The notes: a model not told the origin generated them from the letters alone. A stretch of DNA of 64,000 nt from Flavobacteriales bacterium (GCA_016719225.1 JADKAN010000004.1:578707-642706), one strand, 5' to 3'; counted from the first letter of the stretch, positions 52,054 through 63,076 are shown. Made by a program: numbers and translations.

Positions 52054-53323
52054 TCACAAGGCCTTAAGAACAGCTTGAGCCACGGTATGCGCCGCCCCTT
52101 TGTGATCCTGCACGAACTTGTTAGCTGCCGCCGCCGCCATTTGCTGCGCTTCGGGATCGCCCAGCCAGCTCTCTAAAGCATTTTTTAATCCGGCAGCATC
52201 CTTCACGGCGACACCGGCACCGTTGTCGATCAGTCCTTGAGCCTCCGGGAATTTGCGGTATTTCGGTCCGAAGATCACGGGAACTCCCCATGCCGCGGCC
52301 TCCAATACACTGTGGATACCGTCCGTGAAGCCGCCACCCACATACGCCAGGTTTCCGTAGCGGTAGAGACGGGCCAAGAGGCCCATGCGGTCCACGAGTA
52401 GCGTGCCGTGTCTCTCGGCTCCCAAGGTGGCGGCGATGTTGGCGGGATCCCCGTTCTCCAATTCGCTCCAGCGCGCCAAGGGGTTTCGGGAAGCGTTTTT
52501 CCGTGGCCTCCAACTGCGCTTCCTGTAATTCGTGCGGCACTACAAAGCATTTGGGCGCGGCCTTGCCCATGCCTTTCAACGCTTCGCCCAGCAGGCGCTC
52601 ATCCTCGGGCCACGTACTTCCGCAGACCAAAGAAGGTGCTTCACCGGCAAAAGCTTCTGCCAATGGGAGCTGTCCGTCGTCCTGAATGATCCGGGCGACG
52701 CGGTCGAAGCGGGTGTCGCCGCCCACGGAAACGTTGCGTAACCCCAGCCCGGCCAGCAGATCCATCGAAGCTTGATCCTGTGTGTAGATCTGCTTGAAGC
52801 CTTGGAGCATGCGCCGCCACGTTCCGCCGTACCAGCGGAAGAACGGCTGGTTGTTGCGGAATAAGGCCGAGACGAGGAAGGTCGGCGTCCCGTTTTCGCG
52901 AAGAGCCTGCAAGTGGTGATACCAGAATTCATACTTCACGAAGATGGCCACCTTGGGCCGCAACAGCTCCTGTAAACGTTGCGCGTTCACCCTGGTGTCC
53001 GGCGGTAGGTATTCAACATGCGTTGCTAACGGAAAAGCTTTACGAGCCTCAAAACCGCTGGGGCTGAAAAAGGTAAGTAGTACGGGCAGGTCGGGGCGCT
53101 CCTTTTTGATCGCTTCCAGCACCGGCCTGCCTTGTTCAAACTCGCCTGCGCTGGCGCAATGCATCCAAAGGCAACCGTGCAGTTCCCCACGTTCGGCTTC
53201 CAAGCGGCTCCACATTCCCTCCCGCCCCTTGACCCATGCCGCAGCTTTCGGTTTCCAAGGCGCTGCTAACCTGATGGCCGCGTGGTACAACCCGGTGCCC
53301 AAGTCGTAGAGTACCGGCATCAA
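52054..53323 (-). pseudogene. waaA: 3-deoxy-D-manno-octulosonic-acid transferase (KdtA/WaaA), split by an apparent +1 frameshift
   Basis: ORF 52121..53323 carries a good N-terminal part (...WMHCASAGEFEQGRPVLEAIKK..P...LLTFFSPSG...) up to ...ATEKRFPKP, then turns Arg-rich and looks like nonsense. ORF 52054..52479, in another frame, encodes the authentic C-terminal part (LARWSELENG...LVDRMGLLARLYRYGNLAYVGGGF...GIHSVLEAAAWGVPVIFGP). The junction is at the G-run 52480-52483. Confidence 0.85.
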
Positions 53324-54078
53324 CGATAGAACTGGCGGTCGTCGCGGGCCTTGTAGATGGGCAGGGTCCAGCCTGCCCGTAAGCCGTTGAGGAAATCCAG
53401 GCGACCAGTGTCGCCGGGTCGGCCTGTATCGAAGTTGTATGGTCGCAGGGACTGCGTGAAGCCGAGCTGCATCTCGAAACCGACCAGGAAGTTCACACGG
53501 CGGTTGTTGCTGAGGTGCTGGTAGCCCACGAACAGCAGTGCCGCCGGTCCCGCTGTGAGCCGGTCGTAGCCCTTGGCGTATTCACCTTCCAAAGCGGGCA
53601 CCACGTTGTTCTGGCTTTCGATGAGCAGCTTATGGCGCATGTAACCACCGCCCACCTTCAACAACATGCCGCTGTTCGGGTTGGGTCCTGCCACGGGTAT
53701 CAGCTTGCCGGCCACTGCGAAAATGGTGTAGCCGCGCTCATACAACAGGATGGCCGCCGGGTTGCCGTCCTGGTCCACGATCACACCGTTGGTGCTCACC
53801 AGTTCCTTCAACACATTGCGGTCCACCACTTGGTTGCCGAACATAAAAGAGCCTTCCAGCCCCAACAGGTAGTTGCTTTTGAATTTCCGCGCCGCACTGA
53901 GGCCGATGTTGTGGTTGTTGCCAAAGCGGTCCGCCAGCGAGCCTCCCGGCGCTTGATAAGCGTAGCTCAGTGTGATGGGCACCATGGCAATGGACGTATC
54001 CCGCAGGCCGCTTTGCGCGTAGGACGGTGCCGCCAGGGCAAGGCATGCAGGAAGAAGGAGCAGGCAGAACAACTTCAT
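53320..54078 (-). CDS. hypothetical outer-membrane/periplasmic protein
   Basis: Signal peptide MKLFCLLLLPACLALAAPSYAQ. The body has a beta-strand-like alternating pattern. No domain was recognised. The stop overlaps the waaA start (ATGA-type). Confidence 0.5.
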   Translation of the reverse strand: MKLFCLLLLPACLALAAPSYAQSGLRDTSIAMVPITLSYAYQAPGGSLADRFGNNHNIGLSAARKFKSNYLLGLEGSFMFGNQVVDRNVLKELVSTNGVIVDQDGNPAAILLYERGYTIFAVAGKLIPVAGPNPNSGMLLKVGGGYMRHKLLIESQNNVVPALEGEYAKGYDRLTAGPAALLFVGYQHLSNNRRVNFLVGFEMQLGFTQSLRPYNFDTGRPGDTGRLDFLNGLRAGWTLPIYKARDDRQFYR

Positions 54079-54218
54079 GGAGCGGCGAAGGTAGCGCGGT
54101 CGCTTGTGCTGTTCGGCACCCGGAACAGGGAGCTGGAACGGCTTTTTCGCTTGGCACGTCCACTATATTCGCCGCCCCGCAGCGTGAGTCAACCCCTTTT
54201 GCGGCCCCAAGCCAGCCC

Positions 54219-55349
54219 ATGAAGCCCATCCAGATGGTCGACCTGCTCGGCCAATATGAAAAGATCAAGCCGGAAGTGGACGCTGCCATGGCCGAGGTGG
54301 TGCGCACCACGGCCTTCATCAACGGCCCTGAAGTGAAAGCGTTCGAGACCGAGCTGTCAGAAATGTTGGGCGTGAAGCACGTCATCGCCTGCGCCAACGG
54401 TACGGATGCCTTGCAGATCGCTATGATGGCATTGGGCCTTAAACCCGGTGATGAGGTGATCACGGCGTCCTTCACTTTCGTGGCTACGGTGGAGGTGTTG
54501 GCCTTGCTGGGCTTGGTCCCCGTGTTCGCCGATGTACTTCCCGGCACATTCAACTTGGATCCCGCAGATGTGGCGCGCAAAGTGAGCCCACGCACCAAGG
54601 CCATCGTGCCCGTGCATCTTTTTGGGCAACCGGCTGACATGGATGCGATCATGGAGATCGCCAAAAAGAACAGCCTTTATGTGGTGGAGGACGATGCTCA
54701 AGCGATCGGAGCCGATCACATGGGCGCTACCGGAACACACAAGGCAGGGACGATCGGGGACATCGGTACAACAAGCTTCTTCCCCAGCAAGAACCTCGGA
54801 TGTTTCGGCGACGGCGGTGCGCTTTTCACCAACGACGACGAGCTGGCCAAAAAGATCCGTAGGGTCTGCAACCACGGAAGTGAAGTGCGCTACTACCATG
54901 ATACCGTGGGCGTGAACAGCCGCTTGGATTCGCTGCAGGCCGCCGTGTTGCGCATCAAGTTGAAGCATCTTTCGGAATACGCAGCTGCCCGGAATGCCGC
55001 CGCTGCGAATTACGATCACGCGTTCGCGGACATCGCTGAACTTTCGACGCCTGAACGGAGCCCCTTCGCGACGCACGTTTTCCACCAGTACACTTTGCGG
55101 GTGGCCGGCGGCAGCGAAAGGCGCGATGAGCTGAAGAAGCACTTGGAGGCGAACGGCGTGCCTGCCATGGTGTACTACCCCGTGCCTTGCCACCTGCAGA
55201 ACGCCTACAAAAGCACACGCTTTGCTCAGGGCTCACTGCCAATAACGGAAAAGCTCACACACGAGGTGATCAGCTTGCCCATGAGCACGGAGCTGCATGT
55301 TGATCAGCTTGATCACATCACCGCAACGGTGAGGAAGTTCTTCAAGTAA
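54219..55349 (+). CDS. DegT/DnrJ/EryC1/StrS-family sugar aminotransferase (WbpE-like)
   Basis: The start is trimmed to MKPIQMVDLLGQYEKIKPEVDAA. Further motifs are ...FINGPEVKAFE, ...ACANGTDALQIA, ...SFFPSKNLG (PLP-binding Lys) and ...VYYP.P.H.Q. Confidence 0.88.
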   Translation: MKPIQMVDLLGQYEKIKPEVDAAMAEVVRTTAFINGPEVKAFETELSEMLGVKHVIACANGTDALQIAMMALGLKPGDEVITASFTFVATVEVLALLGLVPVFADVLPGTFNLDPADVARKVSPRTKAIVPVHLFGQPADMDAIMEIAKKNSLYVVEDDAQAIGADHMGATGTHKAGTIGDIGTTSFFPSKNLGCFGDGGALFTNDDELAKKIRRVCNHGSEVRYYHDTVGVNSRLDSLQAAVLRIKLKHLSEYAAARNAAAANYDHAFADIAELSTPERSPFATHVFHQYTLRVAGGSERRDELKKHLEANGVPAMVYYPVPCHLQNAYKSTRFAQGSLPITEKLTHEVISLPMSTELHVDQLDHITATVRKFFK

Positions 55350-55392
55350 AGGCGGGAACCTTTCTTAGCACACCAGTACCACCGAACGTAGA

Positions 55393-56718
55393 ATGAACAT
55401 AGCAGTAGTAGGAACAGGATATGTAGGCCTTGTAACGGGCACCTGCTTCGCCGAAACCGGTAACCACGTGATCTGTGTGGATATCGACAAGGAGAAAGTG
55501 CAGAAGATGAAGGACGGCAAGGTCCCCATTTATGAGCCGCATCTCGATGTGCTTTTCGAACGGAATATCCGACAGGGGCGCCTGCACTTCACCACGGACC
55601 TGAAAAGTGCCGTTGAACAGGCCCAGATCATTTTCCTGGCCCTGCCCACCCCCCCGGGTGAGGACGGCAGCGCGGATCTGAAATATGTGCTCGGCGTGGC
55701 CGAAGAACTCGGGAAGATCATCACCGATTACAAAGTGATCGTGGACAAGAGCACCGTGCCAGTCGGTACCGCAGAGAAGGTGCGCGAAGCCATTGCACGC
55801 AACGCCAAAACCCCTTTCGATGTGGCCAGCAACCCTGAATTTCTACGCGAAGGCTACGCTGTGGACGACTTCCTGAAGCCGGACCGCGTGGTGGTGGGCA
55901 CCAGCAGCGCCCGTGCACAAAAGGTGATGGAAGATCTCTACAAGCCCTTCGTGCGCCAAGGCAATCCGATCATCTTCATGGATGAGCGCAGCGCGGAGCT
56001 CACGAAGTATGCGGCCAATGCCTTCCTCGCCACCAAGATCACCTTCATGAACGAGATCGCCAACTTCTGCGAGGCTGTTGGTGCCGACGTGGACAAGGTG
56101 CGCATCGGCATGGGCACGGACACCCGTATCGGTAAACGCTTCCTCTTTCCCGGTATCGGCTACGGGGGTTCGTGCTTCCCGAAGGACGTACAGGCGCTCG
56201 CCAAGAGCGGGAAGGATGCCGGCTACGATTTCAAGGTGATCAACAGCGTGATGCAAGTGAACGAGCGGCAGAAGACCACGCTCACGGACAAGATCCTGAA
56301 GCACTACGGTGGGAACATCAAGGGCAAGCGATTCGCCATGTGGGGCCTGGCTTTCAAACCGGACACTGACGACATCCGCGAGGCACCCGCCCTATACATG
56401 ATCGATGCGCTTTTGGAAGCCGGTGCACACGTCGCTGTATTCGATCCGGAGGCCATGGAGAATGTTCGCAGATCGAAGGGGGACACCGTGACCTTCGCCA
56501 AGGACGAGTACGATGCGCTGCAAGATGCGGACGCACTCATCGTAGCCACCGAATGGGCGCTGTTCCGTACGCCGGATTTCCACCGCGTGGCCGCTGCACT
56601 GAAGGACCGCACGATCTTCGACGGCCGCAACCTGTACGACACGGACGAAATGCGCGAGCTGGGATTCCACTATGTCAGCATAGGCCGTCAAGCTGTTAAT
56701 GCACCCAACAAGAAGTGA
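55393..56718 (+). CDS. ugd: UDP-glucose 6-dehydrogenase
   Basis: [27 protein letters not shown], ...[10 protein letters not shown], ...GLAFKP.TDD.REAP. Confidence 0.92.
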   Translation: MNIAVVGTGYVGLVTGTCFAETGNHVICVDIDKEKVQKMKDGKVPIYEPHLDVLFERNIRQGRLHFTTDLKSAVEQAQIIFLALPTPPGEDGSADLKYVLGVAEELGKIITDYKVIVDKSTVPVGTAEKVREAIARNAKTPFDVASNPEFLREGYAVDDFLKPDRVVVGTSSARAQKVMEDLYKPFVRQGNPIIFMDERSAELTKYAANAFLATKITFMNEIANFCEAVGADVDKVRIGMGTDTRIGKRFLFPGIGYGGSCFPKDVQALAKSGKDAGYDFKVINSVMQVNERQKTTLTDKILKHYGGNIKGKRFAMWGLAFKPDTDDIREAPALYMIDALLEAGAHVAVFDPEAMENVRRSKGDTVTFAKDEYDALQDADALIVATEWALFRTPDFHRVAAALKDRTIFDGRNLYDTDEMRELGFHYVSIGRQAVNAPNKK

Positions 56719-56720
56719 AC

Positions 56721-57824
56721 ATGAGCGCCAAGAAGAAAGCGGTTCCCAAGGCGAAGCCTTCCGCATCAGCAAAAACGGGCGCTAAGAAAGCCGCAGCAAA
56801 GCCGGCGACCAAGCCGACGAAAAAGGCAGCGCCCGAAAAGGAACGTGTGCTCATCACCGGCGCCGCTGGCTTCCTCGGTTCGCACCTCTGCGACCGCTTC
56901 CTGAAGGAGGGTTACCAGGTGATCGGCATGGACAACCTCATCACCGGCAGGTTGAAGAACATAGAGCACCTCTTCAAGCGAAGCGATTTCGAATTCTATC
57001 ACCACGACGTTTCCAAATACGTGCATGTGCCCGGTAAGCTGAAGTACATCCTGCACTTCGCCTCGCCCGCCAGCCCGATCGACTATTTGAAGATCCCGAT
57101 CCAAACGCTGAAGGTGAGCTCGCTCGGCACCCACAACCTGCTCGGTCTGGCATTGGCTAAGAATGCGCGCATACTAGTGGCGAGCACCAGCGAGGTATAT
57201 GGCGATCCACAGGTGCATCCGCAAACGGAAGCCTACTGGGGCCACGTGAATACCGTTGGTCCGCGCGGCGTGTATGACGAAGCAAAGCGCTTCCAGGAAG
57301 CCATCACCATGGCCTACCACACCTATCACGGATTGGAAACGCGCATGGTGCGCATCTTCAATACCTACGGACCACGCATGCGCCTGAACGACGGACGGGT
57401 GCTGCCCGCGTTCATCGGCCAGGCATTGCGCGGTGAGGACCTCACCATCTTCGGGAAAGGAAACCAGACACGCAGTTTCTGCTACGTGGACGACCTCATC
57501 GAAGGCATCTACCGCCTGCTAAAAAGCGATTGCGCTGACCCGGTGAACATCGGCAACCCGGCGGAGATCACCATCAAGCAATTCGCTGAGGAGATCGTGA
57601 AGCTTACCGGTACCAAGCAGAAACTGGTATACAAGCCGTTGCCCCAGGATGATCCCATGCAGCGCCAGCCGGACATCACCAAGGCGAAAAAGCTGCTGAA
57701 GTGGGAACCGAAGGTTTCGCGTGCCGAGGGCCTGAAGATCACCTACGATTACTTCAAGGGTCTTTCTGCAAAGGAGCTTTACGAAAAGGACCACAACACG
57801 TTCGAGGGCTACGTGCGGAAGTGA
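56721..57824 (+). CDS. UDP-glucuronate decarboxylase (UDP-xylose synthase) with ~45-aa Lys/Ala/Pro-rich N-terminal extension
   Basis: The SDR core reads [20 protein letters not shown], ...[16 protein letters not shown] and ...YDEAKR. It is preceded by [41 protein letters not shown]. Confidence 0.88.
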   Translation: MSAKKKAVPKAKPSASAKTGAKKAAAKPATKPTKKAAPEKERVLITGAAGFLGSHLCDRFLKEGYQVIGMDNLITGRLKNIEHLFKRSDFEFYHHDVSKYVHVPGKLKYILHFASPASPIDYLKIPIQTLKVSSLGTHNLLGLALAKNARILVASTSEVYGDPQVHPQTEAYWGHVNTVGPRGVYDEAKRFQEAITMAYHTYHGLETRMVRIFNTYGPRMRLNDGRVLPAFIGQALRGEDLTIFGKGNQTRSFCYVDDLIEGIYRLLKSDCADPVNIGNPAEITIKQFAEEIVKLTGTKQKLVYKPLPQDDPMQRQPDITKAKKLLKWEPKVSRAEGLKITYDYFKGLSAKELYEKDHNTFEGYVRK

Positions 57825-57854
57825 AGGCTGAACGAACCTTCAGGGTTCACGGCT

Positions 57855-58727
57855 TTACTCCTTGATCCAGTGATGAACGGAAAGGCCACCATTGGAAGTC
57901 TGCACCTCGATGGAGTAGAAGCCGGGTACCAATGACCGTGTATCCAATTTCAGGCTGCTCGTGTGATGGCTGTTTTGCAGGCAGGTGCGCCCCAGTGCAT
58001 CTCGTACCCGGATTTCCTGTAGCCGTGTGCCATCCTCCAACTTGAGCGTCACATTGTTCGTGCCGGGGTTTGGGAAGAGCGAGATCGTGGACCCGGCATT
58101 GGATCCCTTCACGCCAACGGCGAACGTACAGGATGGTGAGATCCCGGTCTCATACAAAGGAATGTCCACATCCGCATAGCATCGAAGCGCCTTTGATGAT
58201 TCTACCACGATGCATCCACCGGGCAGTGGCACAAGCCCGATGGTCGAGCCGATGCGATCATACACATCAAATCCGGGACCGCCGTCCGGCTCCCCGTCTT
58301 CACCCAAGTACGCCATGGTCCACGTGCGCAGCGGTATATCTCCAATTACGGTGATGGAAGTATCCTGCACTTCCAACATGCCCCATGGCGCAGGGCAGAT
58401 GGTCTCCGCATTGATCGGCCACCATCGGTCACCCGGCACGGCATTGAACCTGTACAACGTGTCCCATGCCCATGTTCCGGCTTGATCGGCCCACGTGTAT
58501 ACGATGCTGTCCTGAAGGCTAGTGAAAAGAACGCCACTCGGGGTTCCGATCAGTTTCTGGGCGTTCCACCCATCAATGGCCGTATCCCCGACATATTCCC
58601 ACGTCTCATAGCCACCGCTTGGAAGCACGCCGTAGTGCCAAACGGCATCTTGGGCCAGCCAGGTTTGAGCGCGAAGGCCACCGGTGCAGATCAGCAGGCC
58701 GACCAAAAAAGAGAAAATCGTTTTCAT
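57855..58727 (-). CDS. secreted hypothetical protein with T9SS C-terminal sorting domain (paralog of 15613..16527)
   Basis: Signal peptide MKTIFSFLVGLLICTGGLRAQ. CTD reads ISLFPNPGTNNVTLKL...IRVRDALGR...LVPGFYSIEVQTSNG. It shares FNAVPGDRW, IGDIPLRTWT and LRCY with the 15613 gene. Confidence 0.7.
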   Translation of the reverse strand: MKTIFSFLVGLLICTGGLRAQTWLAQDAVWHYGVLPSGGYETWEYVGDTAIDGWNAQKLIGTPSGVLFTSLQDSIVYTWADQAGTWAWDTLYRFNAVPGDRWWPINAETICPAPWGMLEVQDTSITVIGDIPLRTWTMAYLGEDGEPDGGPGFDVYDRIGSTIGLVPLPGGCIVVESSKALRCYADVDIPLYETGISPSCTFAVGVKGSNAGSTISLFPNPGTNNVTLKLEDGTRLQEIRVRDALGRTCLQNSHHTSSLKLDTRSLVPGFYSIEVQTSNGGLSVHHWIKE

Positions 58728-60205
58728 TGTTTGGTCCATTTGGAGACTCGACTGCCTTTATTGGTACTTGACTTGATGATGTAAAGACCTTCGGCAAGAC
58801 GGCTCGTATCCATCTGGATCTTCCCGGTTGCGCTGGTGGCGGCCAATGCCATGCGACCCGTGCGATCGAACACCTGCACTTGGATCGAACCCGTAGCATC
58901 CGTTTCGATGTTCAGTAGTTCCGTGCCCGGATTGGGGAAGACCCGCACAGACCACACAGGTTGTTCCAATTCATGTATACCAACGCTGAGCCCATGCAAT
59001 TTACAGATCATGTTCATGCTCGTATCGCTCACTGTACCATCGTCAAAGCCATGAAAGGCGCCTACGACGAATATGCTGCCATCTGGTGCCATTTTTATCG
59101 AGCTCACCCCACTAAAGAAATCTATGTCATCATTGAAATCATGCGTGAGTCCACAACCTTGTCCGGTAAAGGCCATGTTCAGGAGATTCCCAGCGGTATC
59201 GACCAATGCGATACCCCTCCTAAGTTGTCCATCTATGTAATTAAAGTCACCTCCTACCAGCATTGTTCCATTACCCAAAGGCAGTGTAGCGTACAAACCG
59301 AATGCGAAATCCCCGAAAGACAAATTAGGCAGCAACTTGTAATCCGTGTGGTTGTTGAACGAGGGGTCCAGTGCCCCATCCGGCATCAGGCGGATCAGAT
59401 GCAGGGTATCCGGGTCGTTGGCCATAACGAAATGGCCACCAGCGATGATTCGTCCGTTCGCTTGCTCGAAAAAGGCAGTCGCAAAGCCCTTCACAATATC
59501 GGTGTGGAAGGTGGTATCCAAGGAACCATCCGGCCAAATGCGTAGAATGCGACCCGCCGGAATCCCTTCGTATGTGTTGTACTCTCCACTGACCAAGAAG
59601 CGGCTCTGTGTGGTCGGTTCCAAGCTCCAGATCACTCCATCTGTTTGCCGAAATTCGAAGGTGCTGTCCAAAGTTGCGTCCGTGTTGACCCGCAGCAATG
59701 AATAATAACCCGGAGCATTGATGCCATATTGTTGTGCAAGAGGCAATTCACCAGTGAAAAGTACCTTTCCATCCTCTTGCACATAAATCTCGCCACCATT
59801 ACCTATGCCAAGGCCAGGGTAGGGATAATTGGTCGAACCAACATTAAAACTATAGTCAAAGTCACCAGTGCTTTGGAAATACCGCTTTGGGAAAGCTTGC
59901 CCGGACAAATAAAAATAGGATCCATGTGGATGGATCGCAGCGTTTGGCCCACCTTCTAATGCCCACGATTCATCTATGGACCCGTTAGGCAAAAATTTCA
60001 GCAATCCGTAGGGGCCAAAACCGTTGGCCGGAAGTGGGAAGATGCCACTTGCCACCACGCTGCCATCTTCTAAAGGCAAAACATCATACAGGAATGGATA
60101 AAGTACAAATGTGGAGCGGAACGAGGTATCCAAAGTAAGGGGCACCTGCGCTTCGCCCGGGCTGGCCCAGAAGAGAGCCAACCCAGCGAGGAGTAGTTGC
60201 TTCAT
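58724..60205 (-). CDS. secreted repeat protein (delta-60-like propeller repeats) with T9SS C-terminal sorting domain
   Basis: Signal peptide MKQLLLAGLALFWASPGEAQ. There are repeated DG(S/K)I.V.G.F......L.RL..DG.LD.SF units. CTD reads VRVFPNPGTELLNIET...VQVFDRTGRM...LAEGLYIIKSST. Confidence 0.7.
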   Translation of the reverse strand: MKQLLLAGLALFWASPGEAQVPLTLDTSFRSTFVLYPFLYDVLPLEDGSVVASGIFPLPANGFGPYGLLKFLPNGSIDESWALEGGPNAAIHPHGSYFYLSGQAFPKRYFQSTGDFDYSFNVGSTNYPYPGLGIGNGGEIYVQEDGKVLFTGELPLAQQYGINAPGYYSLLRVNTDATLDSTFEFRQTDGVIWSLEPTTQSRFLVSGEYNTYEGIPAGRILRIWPDGSLDTTFHTDIVKGFATAFFEQANGRIIAGGHFVMANDPDTLHLIRLMPDGALDPSFNNHTDYKLLPNLSFGDFAFGLYATLPLGNGTMLVGGDFNYIDGQLRRGIALVDTAGNLLNMAFTGQGCGLTHDFNDDIDFFSGVSSIKMAPDGSIFVVGAFHGFDDGTVSDTSMNMICKLHGLSVGIHELEQPVWSVRVFPNPGTELLNIETDATGSIQVQVFDRTGRMALAATSATGKIQMDTSRLAEGLYIIKSSTNKGSRVSKWTKQ

Positions 60206-60410
60206 GGTTTTAGGATTAAAGGGGTCGTGGGGTTCAATTTATGGCACAAACCACATTCCATGTTTTTTCACTGAATCAAACGATCAAAAATTTTGTCTGC
60301 TTTCTCGTGCAAATAATTTCCAGGAAACTTCGAACCATAGCTGACCTTGAATTCCTGATTTACAGATCTTTCACGAAGTCTTTCCCTCCGGAAAACGGAC
60401 CTTTGCACCA

Positions 60411-61274
60411 ATGACCACTCTACGTGTTGCTGGCGTGCCCGAACATTTCAACTTGCCTTGGCATTTGGCCATGGAGAGCGGCGCATTCCGGAATGCGGGG
60501 ATCGATCTCCAATGGCGCACCGTGCCGGAAGGAACAGGGGCCATGTGCGACATGCTGCGCAACGGCGAAGTGGACATGGCTGTTCTGGTCACCGAAGGTG
60601 CCGTGCGCGATATCCTCAACGGGAACCCCAGCCGGATCGTAGCCACTTATGTGGGATCCCCATTGCATTGGGGCGTTTATGTTGGCGTGGCCACGGACAT
60701 CCAAGTTCCTGCGGAACTGGTGGGGAAGCCGTTCGCCATAAGCCGGGTGAATTCGGGCAGCCATTTAGTGGCCATGGCCTACGCTCGTAGCTTGGGCTGG
60801 TTGCCGGGACCGGAGGACTTCATTGTGGTGGAGAACATGCAGGGAGCGGAGGAACGAATGCGCACTACCACACCCGTGGCCTTTCTCTGGGAAGTGGCCA
60901 CTACTTCGCCATGGGAGGAGCAGGGAATCTTTCGCAAGGTGGACGAGTTCCGCCCTCCGTGGCCGTGCTTCATGGTGGTGGCCACGGAAAAAGCGATACA
61001 CGGACATGCCGATGTTCTGCAACGTGCCTTGGAAACGATCCGTGCCCAGGCAGCAGCCTTCGCCACGCGCCCGGATGCACCGGAACTGGTGGCGCAACGG
61101 CAGGTGATCTCGTTGCCGGCCGCGCAGCGCTGGTTCAAGGAAGTGAAATGGAGCACCGATGGTTCCATTGATGCGGATGCCTTGCTGAGCGTGGCCACGG
61201 CACTCCGCGAAATGGGTTTGATCGAAGGTTCGCCGACCAAGGAGGAGTTGATGCGACGGCTGACGATCCAGTAA
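60411..61274 (+). CDS. NMT1/THI5-like (periplasmic-binding-protein type II fold) protein, no signal peptide
   Basis: MTTLRVAGVPEHFNLPWHLAMESGAFRNAGIDLQW..VPEGTGAM..ML..GEVDMAVL.TEG. The family call is from memory, with moderate certainty. Confidence 0.6.
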   Translation: MTTLRVAGVPEHFNLPWHLAMESGAFRNAGIDLQWRTVPEGTGAMCDMLRNGEVDMAVLVTEGAVRDILNGNPSRIVATYVGSPLHWGVYVGVATDIQVPAELVGKPFAISRVNSGSHLVAMAYARSLGWLPGPEDFIVVENMQGAEERMRTTTPVAFLWEVATTSPWEEQGIFRKVDEFRPPWPCFMVVATEKAIHGHADVLQRALETIRAQAAAFATRPDAPELVAQRQVISLPAAQRWFKEVKWSTDGSIDADALLSVATALREMGLIEGSPTKEELMRRLTIQ

Positions 61275-61469
61275 GCGTTCCATCGCAGGATCCGCTCGGT
61301 ATCTCATACGTTGGTCGGCGTGACCCTGCTGTGACCTTGGCTTCCGGGCGGGATCAAGTGAAAGAGGAGCCTACAGGACGCTTGTGATCAATGTACGCAC
61401 CAAAGGTCATGGCATTCCCCTGCGATCCGGTACATTCGCATCCGTTTCCGCCCCCCGGCCAGAACGCGC

Positions 61470-62048
61470 ATGGACACCCATTACAACGCACATCCTTCCG
61501 CCTTCATCGATGCCGGGTGCATCATTGGAAAAGGCACCCGCATCTGGCACTTTAGCCACATCATGTCCGGTTGTGCCATTGGTGAGAACTGCAACATTGG
61601 GCAGAACGTGGTGGTAAGCCCCGAGGTGAAGCTCGGTAACAACGTGAAGGTGCAGAACAACGTGAGCATTTACACCGGTGTGGAATGTGAGGACGATGTC
61701 TTCCTGGGTCCATCCTGCGTGTTCACCAACGTGATCAATCCGCGCAGCGCGGTGGACCGCCGTGGGGAATACCTGCGCACACTGGTGAAGAAAGGGGCCA
61801 CGATCGGTGCGAACGCCACCATCGTCTGCGGGCACGACATCGGGCGTTTCGCCTTTATCGCCGCTGGGGCCGTGGTCACCAAGGAGGTGCCGGACCATGC
61901 GCTGGTTATGGGAAATCCCGCGCGCCGTACCGGCTGGATGAGCGAGCACGGGCACAAGTTGCAATTCGATGCCACAGGCCATGCCACCTGCCCGGAAAGT
62001 GGTCAATGCTATGTGTTGAAGAACGAAAACGTCTCTCGCGAAGCATGA
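61470..62048 (+). CDS. hexapeptide-repeat sugar N-acetyltransferase (WbpD/WlbB-like)
   Basis: [22 protein letters not shown]....IG..CN.GQNV.....V..G..VK.QNNVS.Y.GV..ED.VF.GPS.VFTN...PR. Left-handed beta-helix with a WlbB-like tail. Confidence 0.8.
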   Translation: MDTHYNAHPSAFIDAGCIIGKGTRIWHFSHIMSGCAIGENCNIGQNVVVSPEVKLGNNVKVQNNVSIYTGVECEDDVFLGPSCVFTNVINPRSAVDRRGEYLRTLVKKGATIGANATIVCGHDIGRFAFIAAGAVVTKEVPDHALVMGNPARRTGWMSEHGHKLQFDATGHATCPESGQCYVLKNENVSREA

Positions 62049-63076
62049 GCAATGGAACGGGGAAATTGAAATTCGCCGTGATCGGTTCCGGTCACATCGG
62101 TAAGCGCCACGCCGAGATGATCTCACGCAATGCTGAGTGCGAGCTGGTGGCCATCTGCGACATCAAGACCAAGGCGGAGTTGGGCGCCGGGACCTTCGAT
62201 ATACCATACTTCTACGATGCCGCCACCATGCTGCAGTCCGTGGATGTGGACGTGGTCTGTGTGTGTACGCCCAATGGGCTGCACGTACAGCACAGCTTAT
62301 TGGCGTTGGACCATGGCAAGCACGTGGTCTGCGAAAAGCCGATGGGCCTTACGAAAGCCGGTTGCGAAGCCGTTCTGGGCAAGGCCCTCCAAAAGCACCG
62401 CCACGTTTTCGGTGTGATGCAGAACCGCTACAGCCCGCCCAGCCGTTGGTTGAAGGACATGGTGGAGGAAAAGCGGCTCGGCGAGATCTTCATCGTGCAA
62501 CTGAACTGCTATTGGAACCGCGATGAACGCTACTACAAGGCCGGAGGCTGGAAAGGCACCGCGGACCTCGATGGCGGTACGCTCTTCACACAGTTCAGCC
62601 ATTTCGTGGACATCATGTACTGGCTCTTCGGCGACATCACCGAGATCACCGGCCGGTTCGCCGACTTCAACCACAAGGACCTCACCGAATTCGAGGACAG
62701 TGGCATGGTGAACTTCCGCTTTCTCAACGGGGGCATGGGCGGCCTCAACTATTCCACCAGCGTTTGGGACACCAACCTGGAAAGCAGCATCACCGTGATC
62801 GGTAGCAAGGGAAGCGTTAAAGTGGGAGGGCAGTACATGGACCAAGTGGAGCGCTGCCATGTGAAGGACTACATCATGCCGGTGCTGGACCCCACGAATC
62901 CCGCGAACGATTACGGAGCCTACAAGGGCAGTGCCAGCAACCACCATTTCATCATCGAGAACGTGGTGGACACCCTGAAAGGACGACAGTCCATGACCAC
63001 CAATGCCTTGGAGGGCATGAAGGTGATCGAGATCATTGAACGCATCTACGAGAAAAGGAATGAGCGACCTGTATGA
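62045..63076 (+). CDS. Gfo/Idh/MocA-family oxidoreductase (WbpB/WlbA-like)
   Basis: The start is trimmed to [26 protein letters not shown] (Rossmann fold). Further on: ...VCTPNGLH......[10 protein letters not shown]. The ATGA start overlaps the preceding gene's stop. Confidence 0.82.
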   Translation: MSNGTGKLKFAVIGSGHIGKRHAEMISRNAECELVAICDIKTKAELGAGTFDIPYFYDAATMLQSVDVDVVCVCTPNGLHVQHSLLALDHGKHVVCEKPMGLTKAGCEAVLGKALQKHRHVFGVMQNRYSPPSRWLKDMVEEKRLGEIFIVQLNCYWNRDERYYKAGGWKGTADLDGGTLFTQFSHFVDIMYWLFGDITEITGRFADFNHKDLTEFEDSGMVNFRFLNGGMGGLNYSTSVWDTNLESSITVIGSKGSVKVGGQYMDQVERCHVKDYIMPVLDPTNPANDYGAYKGSASNHHFIIENVVDTLKGRQSMTTNALEGMKVIEIIERIYEKRNERPV

